This document shows positions 1 to 10,855 of a stretch of 64,000 nucleotides of DNA, piece by piece; position 1 is the first letter of the stretch; every line of letters begins with the position of its first letter. A program made the translations under genes and the position numbers. The notes beneath the pieces are model-generated. The model was not told where the DNA came from. It saw only the letters and a list, made by a program, of their open reading frames with translations, and ran no database searches. Origin of the DNA: Asterias rubens (taxonomy: Eukaryota); NCBI RefSeq assembly GCF_902459465.1, contig NC_047064.1, positions 124,001 through 188,000 on the forward strand, given 5' to 3'.

Positions 1-541
1 ACCGATGTTTTTTTAAACAACTTGATCGGCTTCAATTCAAAAGATTTCCAGTTAAATTTTCCAGTAACAATTTTCGTTTAAGGCAAGTCACACACTCAGG
101 TAGTGTAGGCCTTTGGGATGGTTCTCTTGGTAGGTTCAAATCTAAAACTAATGTTGTGCAACAAATCCTTGCCTTATGTTAAACATGTTCAGGTTGAATC
201 AATAGTTTCAGATGAATCATCTGTCACTTCACATGCCAATTTTTGTCCAATTCCTAGTTTCCTTACAATTAATCCTGATACATCACCATGTCTCTGACCT
301 TTTGAACTTAGAATAAACAAGAGTTGGGAAATTCAAAAGGATGCGCACAACTTGACAACTTCTACAGTCAGGGTCAGAGGCAGGGAATCTTTACTATTCC
401 TTTTGAAGTGAGATCGAATTGTGTCATCGCACCGAGTGATTATGATCGAGGAACTTAACTGCTTTGTTTGGCCATTTGGCCATTTGGCCATTTTTTTTTA
501 GGTAGTCAGTCAGTGCCACTGCACTGACGTCCTGGGTATAA

Positions 542-1210
542 AGGTTCTTTACAATGCGAACACAAATTTGACTACAATTTTCATTATTTTTTTCCTGATT
601 TGAGAAGTTGAAATTTCGTTCATATAATCTTAGTGTCCCTTAGTATATTTTCAAATAGTTCACACCTAACAATTATATCCGTGGAAGAAATTATTGCCGA
701 AAATAAGCCGAAGTTCTGTACTGGCAATGTGATCATCATGTCCCAATTGATAGTGTGAGCTTAAGTGCGCATGTGGCTTTGAGTATAGTGCCGTAGTTGG
801 CAATACGTCAGGTGCAATCATTGAATATGATCCTTTTTAAATTTGCGCAAGCCAGTCGTGCGTTCAAAAAAAGCAAGAGGAAAATGATGTTTGCGCCTTA
901 ACAAAATTGCAGCTTGCGCAAAGAAAAAAAAGACTGTCACATCTCCAGCCGCCACGAGAGGGCGGTAGTGATCAATGCAAGAAAGTGTTTACAAGCAAGT
1001 CCGTTCTTGACGTGCATGTGTGAAACGTCAATTTAAATTTTCTTTTCTCAAAATATTAACACCAAAGAAGAAAATTCAAAAATTTTAAACAATGCGCGAT
1101 TGGATTTCCGACTACGTACAAGGAAAATGTGAGTAAAAGTTCAGCTTTCTGAGTTAGGTAAAAACTATTTTTAAAATATTTTTGAATTTTTTCACAATGG
1201 TACGGAACCT
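542..1210. mobile_element. Non-autonomous DNA transposon (Kolobok-like MITE), copy 1
   Basis: Termini AGGTTCTTTACAATG ... CAATGGTACGGAACCT are inverted and flanked by degenerate TTAA-like tetramers (ATAA/TTAC). Homologous to 1626-3426. No ORF. The superfamily call is inferred from the TTAA-type flank and RR termini. Confidence 0.55.
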
Positions 1211-1625
1211 TTTACAGACCTTTCTTATGTTGATAAACAAATCGCCTTGGTTGGCATGGCCGGCCGAATGTTAGTGAAACAATAAATCGTAAAAACAAAT
1301 GTTTTATGAAAATTCAACATTTTCTGCACACTTTCAATTAGGTAAAATACCTATAATAATTTGTTGTTTTGTTTTAAACAAAATCAACAAATTTGGTAAC
1401 ATTATTACCAAAAGTAGCGATCTTTTTTGATTTGCACCTGGGTTGGCAAAAACTTGGGCTGTGACATTGCAAAAGAAAGGTCTATAATTATACCCTGGAC
1501 TCCGTCGCGTTGCCTGCAACGGAGAAGTCCAACCTGGGCTAGCTACGCTAGCGGGCTAGTACTACTACTAGTCTAGCCCTGGTAGGATGTCAGTCAGTGC
1601 CACTGCACTGACGTCCTGGGTATAA

Positions 1626-3426
1626 AGGTTCTTTACAATGTGAACACAAATTTGACTATAATTTTCTTTATTTTTTACTTGATTTGAGAAGCTGAAATTC
1701 CGTTCATATATTCATAGTGTCCCTCACTATATTCTAAACGAGTTCACAGCTAACAAATATATCCATGGAAGAAATTATTTCCCAAAATATGTCGAAGTTC
1801 TGCACTGGCGGTGTGATCATCGTGTACTAATTGATAGTGTGAGCCCAAGTGCGCATGGCTATGAGTACAGTGCATTATTTTGCCGCTATTTGCCGTCAAC
1901 TGGGTAGGTGCCGTTAACTCGACTTCAACTCCTCCAAGATACATTTTAAAATCCAGGAGGCATAAAACTGTAAAATAATCCAGCTCAAATAGAATTTGTA
2001 TAAATTTCAGGTAAGCTTGGGCGGTTCCTTCGGTTACCCGGTTCTACCCGGTTCCAAATTGAAAACCGGACCGGCGGTTCCACTCTTCTGTGGAACCGGG
2101 TACCCGCTTTTGTCGGTTCCGATTTCAAAAGACCGAGTCCCAATTATAAAAGACTCTGTGGAGCCGATCCTGGGACGAACCGGCTCCAGAAATTGAGGCT
2201 TGATGTTGAAAACGGTGACCGCAGATACACTGTGCAAAGGCTTCAAGCCGACATGAGCATCAACTATCACATGTGGCTGCATTATTATACAACACACAGT
2301 GCACAGATGATGCATAGGCATATGCTGAGATATACAGAGTCCAAAGTCCAACCAGACAGCACGTTGTGATTGGCTGCCGATATATCCATATTCATAAAAG
2401 CTTGTCCCATGTACAGGCATGTACACTTCTATGTACAGAGACGGCAAACTGCATGCACTACGGACGTACTGCACTACGGACGTACTGCACTACGGACGTA
2501 CTGCATTATGGACGTACTGCTGCCGGCCAAATCAAAGACTTGTATAAATGCATGGAGAATAGGTGCTCGGTGGCACGATGTCTGATTGACTTGGTGGGTA
2601 TTCTGGTATTAATTTTTTCGTTAAAAATAGATCGGCTCCAATTGTGTGTATGTGTGTGTGAGCTCCGGACCGATGTCTGATTAACTTGGTTATTTTCAGT
2701 TAAAATAGATCGGCTCAACGGTGTGTGTGTGAGCTCGGGACGGGCGGCTTATGTTTTATATTGAATTGGAACCAGGTATGTCTCAGAACCGAGCTTATTT
2801 TTGGAACCGGAACCGAGCCCCAAGTTTCTGGAACCGCCCAAGCTTAATTTCAGGTTGAATTACCTACGGTTACAAAAATCAATTTTTTTTCTTGTGAAGA
2901 ATTTTTTTTTTTTCTAAAGCAGCAAAGCCGTCTGCCGCCATCTTGCTTTTTCACAGTGCTTCTTGTACATGCGCTTTCCTGCGTGCGTATACTTTTTTTC
3001 TTGGGACGGTTAGCATGCGCTAATTTATGGTAAAAGTGGCCTCATTTGTCCTAGGAAAAAAATACACTTCCAGCACATGGAGTCTTGGCACAAGACATCA
3101 ATGCTCAATATCGCATAGTTCTGCGCTTTGTGTAAATTGCTCGCTGACTAAGTATTATCCATCTGCTTAGTGTTTGGTTGGCGCAAGTTGACGGCGATTT
3201 GGCTGCAAATAGCAGGCCGCCAGTGATCAGTGCAAGAAAGTGTTTACATGGAAGTTTCTTTTCACAAAATATTAACACCAAAGCAACGGAGAAAATTCAA
3301 CAATTTTAAATAATGCGAGCTTGGAGTTCCACTACAAGGAACATGTGAGTAACAGTTCAGACTCCCAAGTTAGGTAGAAATATTTTTAACAGATTTTTGA
3401 ATTTTTTTCGCAATGGTATGGGACCG
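1626..3426. mobile_element. Kolobok-like MITE copy 2 (longer version, interrupted by hAT MITE)
   Basis: Same left end (AGGTTCTTTACAATGTGAACACAAATTTGAC) and same right end (CAATGGTATGGGACCG) as 542-1210, with extra internal sequence and a nested insertion at 2012-2846. Confidence 0.55.
2012..2846. mobile_element. hAT-type MITE with 8-bp TSD
   Basis: Perfect 17-bp TIR TAAGCTTGGGCGGTTCC / GGAACCGCCCAAGCTTA. 8-bp target duplication ATTTCAGG at 2004-2011 and 2847-2854. Many subterminal CGGTTCC/GGAACCG motifs. Internal 16-bp tandem GCACTACGGACGTACT at ~2455-2520. Confidence 0.85.
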
Positions 3427-3492
3427 TTATTATACCCTGGACTCCGTCGCGTTGCCTGCAACGGAGGAGTCCAACCTGGGCTACTACTACTC

Positions 3493-4184
3493 TAGTTGCG
3501 ATAACGTAACCCTCCTGCCGATGGCGTAGCCGGAGGGTTACGAAGCACACGCAATGTGAGCAGGGCGAAATGGTTAAAAACGTACAATTTCGACAGCTAG
3601 TCAGCAGATTTGCTCCATTTTTACCACTTTTGAAAATCATGACACAAATTCTAGAAACACGAACTTGATCCTCAATGTCTAATGAATCCTACAATATCAC
3701 TCAAAACACCATTGAGGAAATAATTTGAAGAAAAGGCACAAAAACTTACCAGATTCCCGAGCGAAAGACCCAGGTTGAAAATTCGAACCTGAGGGGGGCG
3801 GAGCTTCGGCTGTTTGTGCACGTCACGAACTCAGCGCTGCGTGTGGTGCAATCTGTATCCCTGCAACTGTGCAGCCGTAGTCTTGTACACGCGCTGAGAT
3901 GCGGAAATCAGAAAAACAGAGCGCCCGCTAACGTTCGATTATAACAAGCGTGTACAGTTTTTGCCGTGCATAGATCGGAACGTTGGTTGTGTGTGACGGC
4001 GCAACATCAATGGTCTTGGATCAAGACTACGGCTACACAGTTACAAGGATACACAATGCACCACACGCAGCGCTGAGTCGTTGACCCCAGTGATGTGCAC
4101 ACACACGGCCGAAGCTCCGCACATTGCGTGTGCTTCGTAACCCTCCGGCTACGCCGTCGGCAGGAGGGTTCAGTATCGCAACTA
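3493..4184. mobile_element. Foldback MITE with 9-bp TSD (MULE/Mutator-like), copy 1
   Basis: TIR TAGTTGCGATA...TATCGCAACTA with long inverted arms. 9-bp TSD CTACTACTC at 3484-3492 and 4185-4193. The right arm is internally deleted. Confidence 0.8.
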
Positions 4185-4208
4185 CTACTACTCTAGCACT
4201 GTCAACAG

Positions 4209-4912
4209 TAGTTGCGATAACGTAACCCTCCTGCCAACGGTGGAGCCGGAGGGTTACTAGTCATTCTCAATCGATGCAGGGCGAAATGGTCAAACACGTA
4301 CAATTTCGACAGCTAGTCAACAGATTTGCTCAATTTTTACCCCTTTCAAAAATCATGACACAAATTCTATGAACACCACCTTAATCCTCAATATCTAATG
4401 AATAACATTCAAAACACCATTGAGAAAGTATTTTGAAAAAAAAGTACACAAACTTACCAGATCCCCGAGCGAAACAGTCACAAATTTCCCAGGTTCTATT
4501 TTGAACCTGTCGTTTCGCCATTTTGTGACTTCCCGATGTTCATTGCTGTTGGACTAAACCATTCTGTAAAAGGGGTGTTATAAGGCAGCGCGGCAGTGTG
4601 TGTGCACTGTCCGTTTGCTATGCCCACTGTACACTCACCAGCGACAGCTTCAAAAGTAGAACCTGGGAAATTTGTGACTGTTTCGCTCCCGGGATCTGGT
4701 AAGTTTTTGTCCTTTTTTTCAAAATATTTTCTCAATTGTGTTTTGGAATGTTATTCATTAGACAGGATTAAGTTCGTGTTCATAGAATTTGTGTCATGAT
4801 TTTTGAAAGTGGTAAAAAATGAGCAAATCTGTTGACTAAAATATTTCGCCCTGCATCGAATGAGAATGACTCCTAACCCTCCGTCTACAGGAGGGTTACG
4901 TTATCGCAACTA
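4209..4912. mobile_element. Foldback MITE with 9-bp TSD (MULE/Mutator-like), copy 2
   Basis: Same TIR family with ~250-290-bp inverted arms and a different core. 9-bp TSD TGTCAACAG at 4200-4208 and 4913-4921. Confidence 0.85.
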
Positions 4913-5845
4913 TGTCAACAGTCAGTATTCATTTGTCAAGTTCGAGCATCTGAATTTCATTGAGTAAATTAGACGGACCAGTACCGGCAGATGGTTTGCT
5001 GACTGATTGAATCGGTGATCCCCGAGTGCTAAATCGTCATAACTCAAACTGATTTGCCTTGTGATGGTTGGGACGATCGTACGTGACTGACTGCGACTAC
5101 GACTACGAGTCATCCAATCTCGAGAATTACACTTCTTTTAATAAAATAACTCAACTTAAAATCTGATCAAGGCTATAAACTATACTTACTATATTAATTT
5201 CTCAACTTTTGCAGGTGAAGTATTGTTAATGAGACAAAGGATTGACATTGTTTAGACTACTTGCGTCAGGTTCCGAATTCCATGAAAGACCCTTCCTCAC
5301 ACTAAAATAGGTATGACGACAATAAACCTCGTTCAGTCCGTGTGTATTCTAAGATTAAGTTCTAAAAAAAATATTAAATAATAATACATTGAAATCAAGT
5401 ATAATAACATTAAGAGAAATTTATGTGTTTTATTAATTTGTAAACATATAATTAAAGATTGATATGATATTTTCTTAATAAAAGTAAATTTAAAAATATT
5501 ACAAAACACAACATTCATCTCAAAACTCGAATTATTGAATTGAGGGCGCTATTTATCCAGCCCAAAATGTGGCAACTCTTACTCATTACTGTCTGTGTGT
5601 GCGGCCTTTCACGATTTCTGGCTCAGCCTGGTCCTGGAATAAATGGATGTGGTAAGTTTGTTTCTACTAAGCGTGAATAAACAAGTTTGCGGACTTACCT
5701 GGTGTCTTTGACCATATTTTTTCAACATAATATGAGTGACCTGGGGGCGCTCCGATTTGTGGTAGTGTGACTGTGAGTGTCGTCATACAACATAGTCGTC
5801 ATGCATAATAAGGTTTATCGCGAACAGCAAAATATCAAGAGAGAG

Positions 5846-5967
5846 GGATAACTTGCCACCACTTTTTCACTCATTTTTACAAAAAGGGATATATCAATCA
5901 GGTAAATTAGATACTATATTATTTTATTTCGAATGAAAAAGTGGTGGCGCCATACGGAAACTTTTCC
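5846..5967. mobile_element. Short MITE (GG termini), same family as 12614-12757
   Basis: GGATAACTTGCCACCAC ... GTGGTGGCGCCATACGGAAACTTTTCC imperfect TIR. Reverse-orientation homologue at 12614-12757. Confidence 0.6.
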
Positions 5968-6189
5968 AGAGAGGACGCTGTTGAACCCACACAAAGGTTA
6001 AAGGCGTTGCGTGCGTGAGTCGTAGAAACTGCTGCATAGAAACCGCCTCATATTCCTTCCCTCATCAAAGCATTGTGCATGTTGTGTGGTGCGGTCGCAC
6101 TAAAAAATACCGACAACTCACGACCCCTCGCTCATGACAACTTACTACAACAAATTTTAAATGCACATTAAAAGAACATTCATTAATAC

Positions 6190-6450
6190 CTCAGACAGTT
6201 TCGCTATTCCTATTGATTGGTGAAGAGCGCGGCGCGTCACGTGGGTGTGGATAAACCTTTGTTTAGACCAGTAAAAAGTGTTAAAAACATGGGCGTGACA
6301 CGCGAGCTTGCACCTGTGCTTATATTTTAAGACAGTTTCTTCATTCCTATTGGTCGAGAGCAACGGCCGGGACAGTTGTGCTACATCACGCGATACGCGC
6401 GACGTGCACAGTATTCCCTTAAATAGTGCGACCCGTGTGGTGTACTGTGT
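6190..6450 (+). promoter_or_regulatory. CpG-rich promoter region, probably of the zinc-finger gene
   Basis: High CpG density. Two ATTGG (inverted CCAAT) boxes lie within a ~30-bp direct repeat (AGACAGTTTC..ATTCCTATTG..GAGC), plus CGTCACGTG. Candidate non-coding exon donor GA|GTGAGC at ~6683 and acceptor TTCTTTCAAAG at 6911. Confidence 0.45.
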
Positions 6451-7041
6451 GACGTGTCACTGTCACCCAGGCCCTGTCACAGTGTATGTGTTCCATCCCA
6501 ACTTTAACACTCAAGTTGAGGTGGAACATAATGTTTGGTGATGATGAGAACGGAAAAAAATAATCTACCTCCATAATCGGTGACCGTGATGACGGTGAAC
6601 TGGCCCACACGCTGTGGCCGTGGTGGAAGTGACTGTTTGACAAGTTGTTTTGCTTGGGTTGGGGTCTTGTGTTGTTGGTTGAGTGAGCGGTGCACCTGGT
6701 CATGCTGGTCGGGCCCTCAAAAATATACTCTCAAAATTTACCACAGCAAATAGCACAGGGCCCACTTGTCAGCTTGTGCGGCTTAATTAAGGGCTCAGCT
6801 CAGTCAGAATCCTAGACCTATGCCATTCATGTCTATTTCGTGCACAATGCTGTATGCTTATGATAACGTTTTCATAACTGTAATTACATGTACTTGTTCT
6901 TTCTTTCAAAGGTGATGGTATTTGAGGTTCAGCCCGAGTGAACAAGAGTTAATCCACACTTCACATCACTTACTATTCTAAGCTATGTTGTATAAAACTT
7001 GTTTTGGCAACAAACAGACTGTGAAATAGGACTTCAAAAGT

Positions 7042-8091
7042 ATGCCCCAAAAAGTAGTTGCTGATAGCGGAAATTCATTAAGGGTGAAAGTCGATGAACA
7101 GGACTTGAAGACACGTGTGAAACGACGCAAATACAAAGAGTCTGAGCAAAAAGACACCGAGCAACAAATTGAATTTATCTGCAAGATCTGCGACAAGGTC
7201 TTCAAGCGTAAGGATCGACTGTTTGTTCATGAACGACTCCACTCTGGTGACCAACCTTATATTTGCAAACAGTGTGGCAAAGGTTTCCGTAGTCAAGATA
7301 GTGTCAGGTGCCATCTAGCAGTGCATTCTGATGAGAAAGCATTCAGTTGTGACAAGTGCATCAAAACTTTCAAAACCTCACACCAGATGAGAAAGCATCA
7401 ACGCCTATCCAAAATCGCCATGTCAAAGAACGAGCCAAATGATCATAAACCTGTGAAATGCAAGCTCTGCACCTTCCAGATAACGTCCAAGCTAGAGCGG
7501 AAGAAGCACATGCGCTTCCACAAGAAGAAGAGCAACCCTTATTTGTGTAGTAAATGTAAGAAATGCTTCAACAGTTTGAAGCTGCTTGGCGACCATTACA
7601 AGGCATCTTGTAAAGGAACCAAGAAAAAAGTCATCAAGAAGAGGGAGGTAAAAAACAAGAAGCTTCAGAATCCAGAGGGTCCTTTAGCACCGTTTGCTTG
7701 TCATAGGTGCAGCAAAAGGTTCAAAACAATCTCAAATCTAGGTTTGCACTTCATTAGCCACTCAGAGTCTGACCACTTCAATTGCTCTTCATGTAAAGCT
7801 GACTTTCAGTCTGTTATAGAATACCAAGAACATCAGTGTATTCAGCAACAGTCCGTACGCATTAAACCAAAGCTTGTTGTGAAATTTCAAACCTGTGTCC
7901 TCGATCCAGGATTGGCTGATGGTGATGAGGAGCAAGAGAGTAGAGAAGAAGTTGCTAGAGAGACAGAAGCTTCCATCGAACATTTAACTGGATTCATTCA
8001 GGGAGGAGAAACTACTACTGAACAAGTTGCAGATAATGTGCAAAATGTCTCCCAAGCACAGAGTGGTGAAATGCAAATGGCAGGGCAGTAA
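7042..8091 (+). CDS. C2H2 zinc-finger protein (349 aa, single coding exon, ~7 fingers)
   Basis: CxxC..H..H fingers: FICKICDKVFKRKDRLFVHERLH, YICKQCGKGFRSQDSVRCHLAVH, VKCKLCTFQITSKLERKKHMRFH and FACHRCSKRFKTISNLGLHFISH. TGEKP-like linkers SGDQPY and SDEKAF. Three atypical fingers. Acidic/Gln C-terminal tail. Confidence 0.88.
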   Translation: MPQKVVADSGNSLRVKVDEQDLKTRVKRRKYKESEQKDTEQQIEFICKICDKVFKRKDRLFVHERLHSGDQPYICKQCGKGFRSQDSVRCHLAVHSDEKAFSCDKCIKTFKTSHQMRKHQRLSKIAMSKNEPNDHKPVKCKLCTFQITSKLERKKHMRFHKKKSNPYLCSKCKKCFNSLKLLGDHYKASCKGTKKKVIKKREVKNKKLQNPEGPLAPFACHRCSKRFKTISNLGLHFISHSESDHFNCSSCKADFQSVIEYQEHQCIQQQSVRIKPKLVVKFQTCVLDPGLADGDEEQESREEVARETEASIEHLTGFIQGGETTTEQVADNVQNVSQAQSGEMQMAGQ

Positions 8092-8461
8092 AATATGGAG
8101 GGAGCTATAAATGCACTTTAAGTTTACGTTATGAATTGACATGGACATTGAATGCTGAACTTAATGCAAATTTTTTCTTTTGTGGTTAATTAGTGCAGAA
8201 TGTAACTAAGAATAATTGCTACACAAATTCCTGGGTGATCCCAGTATTTGCTAGTCATGGATCATTCCTCGCATTGATCAATTAGTCTTGTGATTCACAA
8301 AGTTCAAGACCTGAACATTAGTGTACTGTACTACATGTACATATTGGAAGTATTAGAGTAGACCCAGACATAACTTACCCAGACACGTACATATTATGCA
8401 ACTCCTGGCAAGATAATACAAAAACACTAGACATATTATGACAGACTTCTCCTTTTTATTG

Positions 8462-8862
8462 TTAAAGGAACACGTTGCCTTGGATCGGACGAGTTGGTCT
8501 TTGAAAAGCATTTGTAACTGTTTTTTTTATAAAATGCATATATGGGTAGAAAGATGTTGTAAAAGTAGAATACATGTTAAATGATCCACACAAACATGCC
8601 TCGAAATTGCACGGTTTTCCTTTTACCTCGTCGACTAACACGGTCGGCCATTTATGAGAGTCAAATTTTTGACTCCCATAAATGGCCGACCGTGTTAGTT
8701 CGCGCAGTAAAAGGAAAACCACGCAATTTCGAGGCAAACTTGTGTGGATAATTGTATTCTACTTTTAAAACATCTTTCCAACCATATGCATTTTATAAAA
8801 AACGGTTACAAACGCTTAGCTATAGACCAACTCGTCCGATCCAAGGCAACGTGTTCTTTTAA
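8462..8862. mobile_element. Kolobok-like MITE family A (TTAA-flanked)
   Basis: TTAA|AGGAACACGTTGCCTTGGATCGGACGAGTTGGTC ... GACCAACTCGTCCGATCCAAGGCAACGTGTTCTT|TTAA. Central palindrome CGGCCATTTATG..CATAAATGGCCG. Further copies at 13661 and 27678. Confidence 0.85.
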
Positions 8863-9489
8863 TCAATAATGGTAATTTAAATAATTTGAAAGGTCATGAG
8901 TTGTGACACAATTTACCACATAGTAACCTGGTTACTGGGAAAACGTTTCGGTTAAAGGAAGGGTTTAACTTGAGTGGAGAGTACTCATTGCAGTTAAGAG
9001 TGAACCCAAAACCTTATTTTGCTGCACTGTTGTACATGTAGTAGAGTGTGCCTTAATTTCCCATACATTTGCATTGTTTTATTTGTGATGTTAACTGGAC
9101 AATTCATAGGCTGGTAGTAATAAGGAACATGAAGGATGACAATGGTATCAGTAAAGGGTTGTGTGAAAAAACAATGAGGGGTCATTTTTACATTGAACAT
9201 CCTGATAAACAAAATAAATCTTACTCTCTTTCACACAAGAGAACTGTCATTGCAAACTTCTGGGAACATTTTGTTGACCTTTTCAGACTTCTCTCTGGAA
9301 GCATGGGAAGTAGACTTTTCCCGGGGGAAACAGCGGAACAGCTACCTCTGCTTGAGAGTCGAGATAATACTAGGGTTAGCATACTGAGTTTTCATTCTTC
9401 AGGAACAAGAATGCATTAAGTGTGCAACGAGGAGGAGGTGATGGGTTAAGATTTTCTTGGGTTTTCTTTTGGGGGAATTTGACCCTACA

Positions 9490-9886
9490 TTAGTACTACA
9501 TCAAGAGAAAGTTTCCATAAATCTATGAACTGTGCATACAAATGTAGACATGTGTCCAGCTGGGGTCATTAGTACTACATCAAGAGAAAGTTTCCATAAA
9601 TCTATGAACTGTGCCTACAAATGTAGACATGTGTCCAGCTGGGGTCATGGGGAAAAAACTAGGTAATTAAGATGTTTTCAGCAAAGTAAACAATCAAGAG
9701 AAAGTTTCCATAAATCTATGAACTGTGCCTACAAATGTAGACATGTGTCCAGCTGGGGTCATTAGTACTACATCAAGAGAAAGTTTCCATAAATCTATGA
9801 ACTGTGCCTACAAATGTAGACATGTGTCCAGCTGGAGTCATGGGGAAAAACTAGGTAATTAAGATGTTTTCAGCAAAGTAAACAAC
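9490..9886. repeat. Composite tandem repeat (79-bp unit x4 plus ~47-bp spacer x2)
   Basis: Unit ATTAGTACTACATCAAGAGAAAGTTTCCATAAATCTATGAACTGTGCCTACAAATGTAGACATGTGTCCAGCTGGGGTC, arranged A-A-B-a-A-B. Confidence 0.9.
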
Positions 9887-10339
9887 CTAAAATCAAATAT
9901 TTGTCGCTAGGAGGGCAAGGGGTTTAGGTCCCCCCCCCCCTTCGGCCTTTTCCCCCACCTCTTCTGGATACATCAACTGCTTTATAATACATAATGTGAA
10001 ACTTTTGTTAGCTTTATGAGAATTATATGCTTTTCAGTTTTGCCTACTGTAGGTATCATTTTACGTTTATTTCTATACACATTTTTACACATAATATATC
10101 TTAAAAATTGTCTCAAAATTGTTTATAAAGTTTTTCCCTTTAATTTTGCTAAGACATGTGTTTGTGAATATCTCTTTTAGATTTGTTGTGTAATGTTTTC
10201 TTTTAGTTGTTGCCTACTGGATTGCTAATTGACTGTTTGGAAATTTTCAAAAGTTCATCAATAAACAGCTACTTGTTTAAAACACTGAAACCACAAAGTT
10301 TCCTTTGGATGGACCACATAGAGTGTGTTGGTTAAATGG

Positions 10340-10700
10340 TTAAAGCCATTGGACACTTTCGGTAAACAGTATTGTCCAAAGGCCCACACTTCGTGTATCA
10401 CAACTTATATATAAAATAACGAACCTGTGAAAATTTAGGCTCAATCGGTCATCAAAGTCGGGAGAAAATTACGGGAAAACCCTCCCTTGTTTCCGCACGT
10501 TTGGCCGTGTCATGATGTGTGTTTAAAACAATTCCGTAATTCTCGATATCAAGAATTGATAACTGATAATGTTTTCTCAAAAAGTAAAGCATTTCATGGA
10601 ATAATATTTCAAGAGAAGTCTTTCACAAATACCAACTGTAAACCCTGTAATTAATTTGTAAATCTGAGATTTCTGTTCCGAAAGTGTACAATGGCTTTAA
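10340..10700. mobile_element. Kolobok-like MITE (TTAA-flanked)
   Basis: TTAA|AGCCATTGGACACTTTCGG ... CCGAAAGTGTACAATGGCT|TTAA. Confidence 0.8.
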
Positions 10701-10855
10701 AGGGACTGGAGACCTTTTGTCAAAGACCAGTCTTCTTACTTGGTGTATCTCAACATACATGTACATGTATGCATATAACAAAAACTGTGAACATTTGAAC
10801 TCAACTGTTCGACAAAGTTGCGAGAGAATGATGGAAGAAAAACCAGTGCCTTTAA
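10697..10855. mobile_element. Internally deleted Kolobok-like MITE sharing the TTAA with the previous element
   Basis: TTAA|AGGGACTGGAGACC..TGTCAAAGACCAGTCTTCTTACTTGGTGTATCTCAAC ... CAGTGCCT|TTAA. Same family as 21794, 34792, 60695 and 63036. Confidence 0.65.

Noticed and set aside
1-480. Possible coding or transposase remnant at the window start
   Set aside because: All frames are interrupted within ~50 codons and no motif is recognised.
6419-6703. Minus-strand ORF MTRCTAHSTNN..PIME with donor-like GAG|GTAGAT
   Set aside because: No downstream minus-strand exons or homology could be found. The region is more simply the ZF 5' leader.
9069-9419. 116-aa ORF between the ZF gene and SBP2
   Set aside because: Non-ATG start, no recognisable domain and no convincing splice borders.
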